From Nanobdella aerobiophila (GTDB lineage Archaea; Nanobdellota; Nanobdellia; Nanobdellales; Nanobdellaceae), in NCBI RefSeq assembly GCF_023169545.1, contig NZ_AP019769.1, positions 420,001-452,000 on the forward strand: a DNA stretch of 32,000 bases. The letters run 5' to 3'. Under the pieces are notes generated by a model, which was given only the letters and a program-made list of their open reading frames with translations, did not search any database and was not told the DNA's origin. Numbering within the stretch: the stretch's first letter is position 1; each line of letters opens with the position of its first letter. The translations under genes were made by a program, and so were the position numbers. This document shows, piece by piece, positions 18,890-27,697 of this stretch.

Positions 18890-21108
18890 TTTTTAATATT
18901 ATCTAAAATATATTCTTTGACTATTTCATTATATTCTTCTAAACTTTTTGAAACAAAATTATAAAATACTTCATTATATCTAACCACAAAGTCTGCTTCT
19001 AATATATCTTTTCTATTTTTTTCTTTTGAAATATCAACTAGTAATTTCTTTGATAGACCTATTGCTTCTATCATATTCCATATCCTTTCCCATGATTTTG
19101 ATAAAAATGTAACTCTAGATGCAACAGACTTTAATATATCTGAATCTCCATTTAATAACTCTAATGATGGAACTAAATCGTCCTTTTCTGCATCGTAGGA
19201 CATTAGATCTACAAAACCTTTCTCTTTTAATGGATCATTTTCCCATTGTTTTCTGACTTCTGATATCTTCAGTACTCTTCTATACCTTTTCATGCCAGAT
19301 GGATCTTTTATTGGATTTACTATAACTATTATATCTGTAGCCTTAAAGGATGTTTTTGGAACCCCCAGATCATTTACAACTCTATCATAAACACCATATG
19401 GGCTTTCTGCATGTAAAGTACCCATAACTGCATTTGCTGTAGCGCCAATCCTCATAGCCTCATATAATGTTTGAGCTTCTTTTGATCTAACTTCTCCAAC
19501 AATTATAGCACTATCACCCATTCTTAATGATACTCTCAGACCCTCATCCGCAGACAGCTCTGCAGATTTCAATGAAAATGGGCTTTTAACTTTCAAAGGA
19601 ACAATGTTATATCCTATCTTTATGAAATAATCAGATGGAATCTCCAAGGTATCTTCTACTGTTATTAACCTAATCTTTCTAGGTATCTCTAACATTAATG
19701 CGGTTAATAAGGATGTTTTCCCACTCCCTCTAGTACCTGCAATCAATATAGTCCTTCCATTATTTACCAAAAATGATAATAAACCTGCGGATAAATAATT
19801 TAACATCTTATTATCTATAAATAAGGGTAGTGTCCATGGCTTATCCCTATGTCTTCTAAATATATATGATATTCCCGTAGGGGACAAAGGCGGGGATATT
19901 GCTGCAACCCTTAATAATATCTCGTTTCCAATAGATAAATCAGTATCCAATACTGGATTTGCCTCATCAAATGGTCTCCCAGATATTAATCTTAATTTAG
20001 TAGCCCAGGATTCTATTTCCTTTCTTGTTGGAATAACATTAGTAATGCACATCTGATAATCAGAATGTTGAAGAGATACGGGAGATATACCAGATGGTGG
20101 ATTAATGAACAGATCCTCTATTCTTTGATCTATTACAATCTTTTCCACTATCCCAAAACCAATAGTATATCTTAATATTAGATTCTTTAGCATCTCGTAT
20201 CTATCTTTTTCTAGTTTTATATTATATAATGATGATAATTTACTTAATATATTATTTAGTGTATTAATATATATATCCCTTAATCTATCAGTATCTAAAT
20301 AATCCTCCCTTTTGGGTTCATATTGTAATAATATATCCATTGCCTTATGGGATAAAAATGTTTCTTCCGAAAATATCTTATACTCCTCTGGAAATATATA
20401 ATACCTAAATATAGATTCTTCGGGATTCTTTAATATAAATACTTCTGTAAATTTATCAATTTTATAAGATTCTAATACATTATAATCATCTTCTATTTTA
20501 TTCATATATTTTGTATCAATAAATTTTGGCTTTATATCACCCATTAACAACCTCTTATATATATCTCTATTTCCTATCTCATAACCTATCAAAAAAGGCT
20601 TTATGTATCTAAAAAAATATAAAGATTCAAACTTGATCAAAAATTTATCTATAAAAGAGATTATATTATTTATATCTTTTTCTAAATCTGGATTCTTTTT
20701 TAAAATTGATAACAACTTTCTTTTAAACCTATTAACATATACATAAACACCAATTGGATCCTTTAGATATTCTTTATCTAATAAATTTATTATTCTTCTG
20801 ATCTCTTGATATAATGGATTACTACTTAACAAATATTGATAATAATTAGCTATATTGTCTTTTATCAAATAATAAACATCTAGAAATCCTTTTAAAACCT
20901 TTATTGAATTATCATAATATGATATTAATTCATCTTGATCTATTATAATTGTATCTATTAGAGGATCGCTAGATAATATATTTAATACATATTCCATGAT
21001 ATTTTGATCATCTTCTATTGTAGCTACAGTTTGATAATTCTTAGCATTTATGTATAAAGTTCTTTCTTTTCCATCCCTTCTAATATCATATTCTAAATTA
21101 TTATACAT
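18865..21108 (-). CDS. Type II/IV secretion system ATPase (PilB/VirB11/ArlI-like)
   Basis: SYIFRRHRDKPWTL, Walker A LIAGTRGSGKTSLL, TVEDTLEIP, Walker B-like SAIIVGEVRSKEAQTLYEAMRIGATANAVMGTLHAESPYGVYDRV. Confidence 0.93.
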   Translation of the reverse strand: MYNNLEYDIRRDGKERTLYINAKNYQTVATIEDDQNIMEYVLNILSSDPLIDTIIIDQDELISYYDNSIKVLKGFLDVYYLIKDNIANYYQYLLSSNPLYQEIRRIINLLDKEYLKDPIGVYVYVNRFKRKLLSILKKNPDLEKDINNIISFIDKFLIKFESLYFFRYIKPFLIGYEIGNRDIYKRLLMGDIKPKFIDTKYMNKIEDDYNVLESYKIDKFTEVFILKNPEESIFRYYIFPEEYKIFSEETFLSHKAMDILLQYEPKREDYLDTDRLRDIYINTLNNILSKLSSLYNIKLEKDRYEMLKNLILRYTIGFGIVEKIVIDQRIEDLFINPPSGISPVSLQHSDYQMCITNVIPTRKEIESWATKLRLISGRPFDEANPVLDTDLSIGNEILLRVAAISPPLSPTGISYIFRRHRDKPWTLPLFIDNKMLNYLSAGLLSFLVNNGRTILIAGTRGSGKTSLLTALMLEIPRKIRLITVEDTLEIPSDYFIKIGYNIVPLKVKSPFSLKSAELSADEGLRVSLRMGDSAIIVGEVRSKEAQTLYEAMRIGATANAVMGTLHAESPYGVYDRVVNDLGVPKTSFKATDIIVIVNPIKDPSGMKRYRRVLKISEVRKQWENDPLKEKGFVDLMSYDAEKDDLVPSLELLNGDSDILKSVASRVTFLSKSWERIWNMIEAIGLSKKLLVDISKEKNRKDILEADFVVRYNEVFYNFVSKSLEEYNEIVKEYILDNIKKWTYQKLK

Positions 21109-21146
21109 CTAAAGATTAATATATTTCTATATCAATATAAATTTAT

Positions 21147-21512
21147 ATGCAAGAAATAGATATTACAAAGAGATTAAAATATTTAGAAGAAAGAGTATCG
21201 ATGTTTAATAATATAATTGAATCCATAGACAGTACTACCAGATTATCAGTAAATGACATAAAAGAAGATTTAAATAATATTAAAAGGGATATAAATGAGC
21301 TAAAAGAGGATATAAATAATATAGAAATAAAATTAAAAGCTATAACAGATCAGCTTTCTTTATTTGCAACAACAGACCAGCTAAAAACAATAACATCTAT
21401 GATGGATTATATAAACCCATTTGATTTTGTGACAAAAAAAGAAGTAGAAAAAATAATAGATAAAAAGTTAAGAGAATATTTTGACGAGTTATATAACAAT
21501 GATAATAAATAA
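21147..21512 (+). CDS. Small coiled-coil protein
   Basis: 121 aa heptad-rich (IKEDLNNIKRDINELKEDINNIEIKLKAI) with C-terminal YINPFDFVTKKEVEKIIDKKLREYF. Confidence 0.75.
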   Translation: MQEIDITKRLKYLEERVSMFNNIIESIDSTTRLSVNDIKEDLNNIKRDINELKEDINNIEIKLKAITDQLSLFATTDQLKTITSMMDYINPFDFVTKKEVEKIIDKKLREYFDELYNNDNK

Positions 21513-21548
21513 TATTGATTATCATATATATTATAAAATTTATATTTT

Positions 21549-22220
21549 TTGAATAATTATAGTTTATTTATGAGAGGTATATTAGGTTTATTTGGTGGCA
21601 AAAAGAAAGATAATAATAATATGGGACAAAACAATCAGGATATGAATAATTTATTCCAAGATTTTTCAAATTCTCAGGATCAGACTTCTCTATTCGGTCA
21701 ACAACAGCCTTTTCAGAATAATATGCAATTACCTATGCAACAACCATTAAATTTTAATAATAATCCTATGAATAATTTTCCTCAGAATAATATGCAATTA
21801 CCTATGCAACAACCATTACAATTCCAACAAACTCAAAATCAGCTAGATACTAAGATAAGTTCTGATACAAAAATAGAAGATTATGTAAATACTACTGTAG
21901 AGAATATTATAGAAAACAAGTTATCTGATGTTAAAAATGAATTAAATGAAATAAAGGTCTGGAAAGAGAAAGTAGATTATTTAATAAATAGATTACAAGA
22001 AGAGGTTGATAAAATAGACAGTAAGATAGACAATATAAATAATATGGCAAATAAAAAACTAGAAGAATACGATAAATCTATGCAAGAAACATCTACAGAA
22101 ATACAGGCTTTACATAGATTAATAAGAACAATGATACCGGCCATATCAGAATCCACAAAAGAATTAAAAGATACTATTGATGAACTAAAATCCCTGAGGG
22201 ATTATATGAAAAAACCATAA
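21549..22220 (+). CDS. N/Q/P-rich disordered region plus coiled-coil protein
   Basis: MRGILGLFGGKKKD start region, low-complexity NNMQLPMQQPL repeats, then a long coiled coil. A downstream ATG at 21570 is also plausible. Confidence 0.75.
   Translation: MNNYSLFMRGILGLFGGKKKDNNNMGQNNQDMNNLFQDFSNSQDQTSLFGQQQPFQNNMQLPMQQPLNFNNNPMNNFPQNNMQLPMQQPLQFQQTQNQLDTKISSDTKIEDYVNTTVENIIENKLSDVKNELNEIKVWKEKVDYLINRLQEEVDKIDSKIDNINNMANKKLEEYDKSMQETSTEIQALHRLIRTMIPAISESTKELKDTIDELKSLRDYMKKP
21714..21818 (+). repeat. 36-bp perfect direct repeat, two copies (21714-21749 and 21783-21818)
   Basis: cagaataatatgcaattacctatgcaacaaccatta occurs twice, 69 bp period, both in the same reading frame (encodes QNNMQLPMQQPL). 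Confidence 0.95.
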
Positions 22221-22251
22221 AACTTTTAATATTATTTTTTAAAGATCTTTA

Positions 22252-22626
22252 ATGAATAAAACAAAGATTATAGGAATAGCTATAGGTATATTATTTATAA
22301 TTGGATTCTTAGTGTTTTATGCAATTCCAATCTCTAACGGTCAAAATTTAAATCAGAATCAATTATATCAAATATCTCAAATAGCAAATTATTGCCAATC
22401 TCTATGCTATTATGCAGAGGATAACCTATCAATAAATAATTTAAATAATGAATGCCTGATATCCAATCAGTCTGTTCTTTCATCATATTGGAATATTAAT
22501 GGATGGGGATGTCAAGTATCTAACAACTATCAATCACTTTGTGGATATAATAACTATGTTATACTAGATAATAATTGTTCAATTGTTAGCATCTATTATA
22601 ATAATAAAAATCTAAATTTAACATGA
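22252..22626 (+). CDS. Putative exported/membrane-anchored cysteine-rich small protein
   Basis: N-terminal MNKTKIIGIAIGILFIIGFLVFYAIP hydrophobic helix followed by an N/Y/Q-rich domain with six cysteines; TGA overlaps the next gene's ATG. Confidence 0.6.
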   Translation: MNKTKIIGIAIGILFIIGFLVFYAIPISNGQNLNQNQLYQISQIANYCQSLCYYAEDNLSINNLNNECLISNQSVLSSYWNINGWGCQVSNNYQSLCGYNNYVILDNNCSIVSIYYNNKNLNLT

Positions 22627-23345
22627 AATTAATAGACTGTCATGCTCATATATATAGATTAAATAATACTGAAATTAAAAGAATATTAAAAGACGATATA
22701 ATAATATTATCGGTCTCAGATGATATAGAATCTTCATTAAAAAATATTACCTTATCCAATTTATATGAAAATATAATACCTGCAGTAGGTATACATCCTT
22801 GGAATATAGAGAACATCGATAATAATGCTATAAAGATATTGGAAGGTATAATAAATGAGAAGAGTATAAATATTATTGGAGAAATTGGCTTAGATAAAAA
22901 ATTTAAAATGGAAACATATAATAAACAACTAGAAATATTTGAATATCAACTAAAATTAGCAAAAGATCATGATTTAGGAGTTAATTTACATAGCCCAGAT
23001 GCACAAGAAGATGTATTTAATTTATTATTAAAATACGACATTAAAAAAGCATATTTTCATTGGTATAGTGGATCTGAAAAATTATTAGAAGAGATAGTAG
23101 ATAAGGGATACTATATAGGAATTAATATAGCTACTATAATAAATAACAAATATAATAAGTATATAGAATTAACAAATATAAAAAATATGATTACAGAATC
23201 GGATTCTCCCTATAATTATAAAGGGATTATATTAGATCCTTCTCTAATAAATAGACTATACGAAGAAATTTCTAGAATAAAGAATATAAATATTAAAAAT
23301 TTATCTAAACAAATAACCAAAAATTTTTTAAATTTAATATATTAA
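22623..23345 (+). CDS. TatD-family metal-dependent hydrolase
   Basis: LIDCHAHIY, IIPAVGIHPW, IIGEIGLDK, QLEIFEYQLKLAKDHDLGVNLHSPDA, AYFHWYSG, ITESDSPYN. Confidence 0.88.
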   Translation: MKLIDCHAHIYRLNNTEIKRILKDDIIILSVSDDIESSLKNITLSNLYENIIPAVGIHPWNIENIDNNAIKILEGIINEKSINIIGEIGLDKKFKMETYNKQLEIFEYQLKLAKDHDLGVNLHSPDAQEDVFNLLLKYDIKKAYFHWYSGSEKLLEEIVDKGYYIGINIATIINNKYNKYIELTNIKNMITESDSPYNYKGIILDPSLINRLYEEISRIKNINIKNLSKQITKNFLNLIY

Positions 23346-23449
23346 CGAGGCGTTAAACTATTTTAACTTAGGATTAATTTATAAAGTTTAATGTATATGA
23401 TAACTTAATATTACAACAAATTGTTTTAACATAATGTTAATCAATAATG

Positions 23450-23460
23450 CTTATAAATAC
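23450..23460 (+). promoter_or_regulatory. Putative TATA box for tfe
   Basis: cttataaatac centred about 26 nt upstream of the ATG at 23481. Confidence 0.5.
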
Positions 23461-23480
23461 TGACAAACCTTATATATCCT

Positions 23481-23984
23481 ATGACATACTTGCTAAATGA
23501 AGACTTTAGAAAGGTACTTGAGTATATATCGGATAAGAAAGAATTTACTGAAAAAGAGGTTAGAAGAGAATTAAAGATAAGAGAAGATGAGATCAGAAAA
23601 CTATTATATATACTAGAAGAAAATGGAGTAATATATCCGCTAAATATAATAAACAATAATGGAAAATTTGATTTTAGATGGGGTAATAGAGTTCCAAATA
23701 AGAAAGAGTTCTTTAATTTGATATTTAACAAAGAACTTGATAAGATAAAGAAAGAGATAGAAGATACCCCGAAAACGATATATTATTGTGAAAATTGCAA
23801 TTTAGGATACACATTTGAGGAGTCCTATGAGAATGATTTTAAATGTAGAGAATGCGGTACTATATTAAAAGAAAAAGAGAACTTCAGAATAATAGAGTTA
23901 GAGAATATTGAAAACAATATACTATTATTAAAGAAGAATTATATACCAGAAAAAAGAGTATCAAAGGCTAGGGGAAAGAGATAA
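23481..23984 (+). CDS. tfe: Transcription factor E (TFE alpha)
   Basis: N-terminal winged helix (FTEKEVRRELKIREDEIRKLLYILEENGVI) followed by the CENC...CRECG zinc ribbon. Confidence 0.9.
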   Translation: MTYLLNEDFRKVLEYISDKKEFTEKEVRRELKIREDEIRKLLYILEENGVIYPLNIINNNGKFDFRWGNRVPNKKEFFNLIFNKELDKIKKEIEDTPKTIYYCENCNLGYTFEESYENDFKCRECGTILKEKENFRIIELENIENNILLLKKNYIPEKRVSKARGKR

Positions 23985-24014
23985 TTTTTTAATGATTTTA
24001 TATATAAATGATAA

Positions 24015-25160
24015 ATGATATTCAAAACAAGGATATATGATATAACTGAAATATTTAAGGATTCTGAATCTAAATTAATAAATAATAATATACAAAATGG
24101 CTATAGATCCTATGCAATAAAGTTAGATAAATTAAAAGGATTAATTGGATTTGAGATTATGCCAAATAGAAGGATTGGTACTGATCTAGCAGATATAGCA
24201 AAAAAATTTGATCTGAAGGGAATATTACATTCTGACGAACTCCCAAATTACGGTATATCTAATAAAGAAGTAGAATATGTTAAAAAGACTCTGAATTGTA
24301 ATGAAGATGACGCTTATATAATATTATTATCAAAGGATTATGAAACGGCTAAAAAAGTATTTTATCTTATAATTGATAGGATAAATCAATTAATAAAGGA
24401 TGTACCAAAAGATACAAGACAAGCAAATGAAGATGGAACGACTGCATTTTTAAGACCTCAACCAGGATCCGAAAGAATGTACCCAGAAACAGATCATCCG
24501 TATATATTTATAGATAAAAGAATAGAAGATAAAGGAGATTATGAAATTATAGAATATAGTATAAGATATGGAGATATAAAAGATAAATATGAAATATATA
24601 AAATTAAAAAAATGGATAAAGATCTATACTTTAAATTATTAAAGGAAAATAAAGATATATTAAACTCTATAGATCCTGAATTTATAAAAAATATTTTGAG
24701 GGAGATTGGATTCAATCAAAATCAAATAGAGAATATAATATGGAATGAATATATATATGATATAATAATTTTATCGAAAGACCTTGACCCTTCTACTATA
24801 TATTATTTATTTTTTCAGATGGTGGGAGATGCTGAAAATTTATATAAAGAAAAAATAGAAGATTTTGATCTAAATTTCATATATGATATAAAAAATTACA
24901 TAAAAGAAAAAATAATAACAAAAAATGCAGTTCCAATAATATATTACAAATATATTAAAGATAAGAAAGATATAAGAGAGATAATAGAAAAAGAAGATTT
25001 ATATAAGAGAGATATAAATAAACTAAGAGAAGAGATTTTCGAATATATAAAAACTCTAAATACGCAAGATAAAAAGATTATATATTCTAAGGTTTTCAAT
25101 AAATTTAAATATATAGCAGATAGCAAGGATATAAAAGAGGTTCTAGATAATATCAAATAA
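24015..25160 (+). CDS. gatE: Glu-tRNA(Gln) amidotransferase subunit E, C-terminal part only
   Basis: KGLIGFEIMPNRRIGTDLADIAKKFDLKGILHSDELPNYGI...VPKDTRQANEDGTTAFLRPQPGSERMYPETDHP is GatE-specific. The ORF starts around the AspRS-like insert domain; about 250 N-terminal residues are absent. Confidence 0.9.
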   Translation: MIFKTRIYDITEIFKDSESKLINNNIQNGYRSYAIKLDKLKGLIGFEIMPNRRIGTDLADIAKKFDLKGILHSDELPNYGISNKEVEYVKKTLNCNEDDAYIILLSKDYETAKKVFYLIIDRINQLIKDVPKDTRQANEDGTTAFLRPQPGSERMYPETDHPYIFIDKRIEDKGDYEIIEYSIRYGDIKDKYEIYKIKKMDKDLYFKLLKENKDILNSIDPEFIKNILREIGFNQNQIENIIWNEYIYDIIILSKDLDPSTIYYLFFQMVGDAENLYKEKIEDFDLNFIYDIKNYIKEKIITKNAVPIIYYKYIKDKKDIREIIEKEDLYKRDINKLREEIFEYIKTLNTQDKKIIYSKVFNKFKYIADSKDIKEVLDNIK

Positions 25161-25189
25161 TATAAATATTTTTCTAAAATTTCTATATT

Positions 25190-25594
25190 ATGGATTGTAT
25201 ATTCTGTAAAATAGTAAATAAAGAGATTCCTGCATATATTTTATATGAAGATGCATATTCAATAGCATTTCTAGATATAAATCCTTCAAATAAAGGGCAC
25301 TCATTATTTATACCTAAAAAACATTTTGAAAGATTATCAGAGATGGATAATGAATATATAAGAAACTTTTATGGGGGCTTTAATAAATTTTTAAGATTAT
25401 TTGAAGATAGAATATCAAAAGATTATAATATTATTGCAAATAATGGTAAAAAAGCTGGACAAGCGATATTCCATGCTCATATACATATAATACCACAATA
25501 TGAAGATGATGGATATAAAAAATTATTTACTTTAAACTCAAATAAATTAACTGAAAAAGAAGCAAAAGAAATTGTAAAAAAATTTATTAGTTAA
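25190..25594 (+). CDS. HIT-family nucleotide hydrolase/transferase
   Basis: CIFCKIVNKEIPA, YEDAYSIAFLDINPSNKGHSLFIPKKH, and HIT motif HAHIHIIPQ. Confidence 0.95.
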   Translation: MDCIFCKIVNKEIPAYILYEDAYSIAFLDINPSNKGHSLFIPKKHFERLSEMDNEYIRNFYGGFNKFLRLFEDRISKDYNIIANNGKKAGQAIFHAHIHIIPQYEDDGYKKLFTLNSNKLTEKEAKEIVKKFIS

Positions 25595-25739
25595 AGTATT
25601 AAATCTAAATATACCTCTTTTCGAGTTTTGAAAATACTAAAATTCTTCCATAGGATATAAGAACAAAGGACTAAACCGGTTTTATTAAGATTTAATATTA
25701 AAATAAAAAAAATTCTAGAATTTATAAGAATTTCCTATT

Positions 25740-26429
25740 TTATTCTTTATATTCTATTATACCATCATTAATTATCTTAAATTTAATAGATAATCCTTCT
25801 GGAAGATATCTATGCCTTTTTAAAATCGCTTCTCTTACACCATTTTCATAGACTTTTAATTCTATTAAACATTTAGACCAATATTTTATTAAATCACCGC
25901 CAACAATTCCGATTTTATCTCTCTGATCTAATAAAGAATATACTTGATTGGTTACAATTACTGGTATATTATATTTTCTATTTATTTCAGAAAAGACCTG
26001 CAACTGCCTTGCGAGCTCAGTATTTACTTCATTTACATCTTCATCACCTTTTTCTAACCTATATAGCATAGATATAGAGTCTATAACTAATAATCCAATA
26101 CTATTGCTATTATTTTTTATATAATCATAGGCTAAGAATATTGATTTTCGTTGTTCTAAGAAGCTAACCGGTTTATATATTAGAATATTTTTCATCACAT
26201 TATCAAAATCCTCTTTAGATATTTGTTTTAGTCTTTCAAAAGAAAAGCCACCCTCAGTATCTATATAAATCACTTTCTTCCCTGTTCTTGATATATTATA
26301 AGAGGATATTATAGCGATATTTGTTTTTCCAGAAGCTGCAGGGCCATAGAATGACGTAATTATATCTTTTTCTATTCCGCCATTTAATAATTTATCAATA
26401 GGATAAACACCAGTTGATATAACAGTCAT
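25740..26429 (-). CDS. radB: DNA repair and recombination protein RadB
   Basis: STGVYPIDKLLNGGIEKDIITSFYGPAASGKTN, LLVIDSISMLYRLE, ELARQLQVFSEINRKYNIPVIVTNQVY; short RecA-fold core without an N-terminal HhH domain. Confidence 0.92.
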   Translation of the reverse strand: MTVISTGVYPIDKLLNGGIEKDIITSFYGPAASGKTNIAIISSYNISRTGKKVIYIDTEGGFSFERLKQISKEDFDNVMKNILIYKPVSFLEQRKSIFLAYDYIKNNSNSIGLLVIDSISMLYRLEKGDEDVNEVNTELARQLQVFSEINRKYNIPVIVTNQVYSLLDQRDKIGIVGGDLIKYWSKCLIELKVYENGVREAILKRHRYLPEGLSIKFKIINDGIIEYKE

Positions 26430-27697
26430 AATATAAATTCTTTATTATTTACCTTTATATATATTTTACTTGATTTTTGTTTAATTTTATTTTTATATTT
26501 GGTTAATATATACTTAATTATATCATCTATATCATTTAATTCTCTTTTTGTAATAGAACATATTTTACCATTTCTAATTATTAGCTCTTCATTTTTATGT
26601 TTATTATAGAATTTTTCAAAGAAATTTCTTTCCCATACAAGAGGTCCCATTTTTATTTCATACTCAGGTAGTTTATTATTATAGTACAGTATATAGCCAT
26701 TAAATGTATCTCTATCAAAATTATAATAGTAATTAAATATTTTTATTCCGAAATCTGATATTAATTTTTTTATATATAGAAATAAAGACAAAGATTTACT
26801 AAATTTTATATCTTTATTATTAGAGTTCCCTTCAATATTTATATATAAAAAATTAAGATTGTACTTATTAGTTAAATTCTCTATATCTTTATAATCTTTT
26901 ATAAATTTTTTATTAAAAAACTCTTCTTTATTATCTGAATTTAAAAATAATCTGGAATAAAAGATTAGTTCAGAAAATTTTTGTATGGAAATCGAAGCAC
27001 CAATATTTCTATATTTATTCGTTGGATCTATAATAATTACAGGTGATTTTAGCTTATCTTTAGTTAAATTTTTCTTTATTTCATCTATATTTCTATAATA
27101 ATTTTCTATATCTATAACTACTTTTGGAAACCACCTATCTATATTTTGAATAGAATTTAAAAAAGACTTGTAATATATAGTAATTATTTCTGTAGCATAT
27201 CCAGAAAAACCCCTAATATATGACTCAGCCCCATATACACCTATATTTTTCATAAATAATTTCATTAACCTTATCTGATCATTCATATCTGTATTTTTTA
27301 TTTTATCTAACACATATATAACATGAAAAGGAGATAGATCTGTTGTATTTTTTGCATCTTCTATATTTTTTATCTTCAATATAGGTACAAGTTCAAATAT
27401 ATATCCTTCATATAAAACTCTAAAATAATCTCTTGAACCCTTTATCTTCTCATAATTAAAATTTTCTTTTTTTAATATATTCTCCAATTTTTTCATATTT
27501 TCTTCGTTTTCAAATAATATAAAGGTATCTATATCAAAATCTGTTTTTATCCATGTATCTTTAGCAAAGGAACCACCTAAAATTGGTTCTAAATCATTGG
27601 ATTTTAATATATTGAAAAATTTATTTATTATATTGTATACTCTCTTTTTATCTTCTTCTGTTGGTTTTATATTATTTAATATTTTATTTAAATCCAT
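26426..27697 (-). CDS. cca: Archaeal class I CCA-adding enzyme
   Basis: LEPILGGSFAKDTWIKTDFDIDTFILF, RDYFRVLYEGYIFELVPIL, DLSPFHVIYV, QIRLMKLFMKNIGVYGAESYIRGFSGYATEIITIYY. Confidence 0.95.
   Translation of the reverse strand: MDLNKILNNIKPTEEDKKRVYNIINKFFNILKSNDLEPILGGSFAKDTWIKTDFDIDTFILFENEENMKKLENILKKENFNYEKIKGSRDYFRVLYEGYIFELVPILKIKNIEDAKNTTDLSPFHVIYVLDKIKNTDMNDQIRLMKLFMKNIGVYGAESYIRGFSGYATEIITIYYKSFLNSIQNIDRWFPKVVIDIENYYRNIDEIKKNLTKDKLKSPVIIIDPTNKYRNIGASISIQKFSELIFYSRLFLNSDNKEEFFNKKFIKDYKDIENLTNKYNLNFLYINIEGNSNNKDIKFSKSLSLFLYIKKLISDFGIKIFNYYYNFDRDTFNGYILYYNNKLPEYEIKMGPLVWERNFFEKFYNKHKNEELIIRNGKICSITKRELNDIDDIIKYILTKYKNKIKQKSSKIYIKVNNKEFIL

Noticed and set aside
21714-21818. CRISPR-like repeat
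   Set aside because: Only two copies, in frame within a coding sequence, encoding an N/Q/P-rich motif; not an array.
23441-23731. Minus-strand 96-aa ORF
   Set aside because: Antisense to the TFE winged-helix coding region.
24944-25156. Minus-strand 70-aa ORF
   Set aside because: Antisense to the C-terminal end of the GatE coding region; low-complexity hydrophobic shadow.
25595-25739. Possible small RNA or tRNA-half in the gap between the HIT gene and radB (contains gaccgg-like GC patch and AATTCTAGAATT palindrome)
   Set aside because: No cloverleaf, T-arm or C/D box could be assembled; more simply a convergent-gene terminator region.
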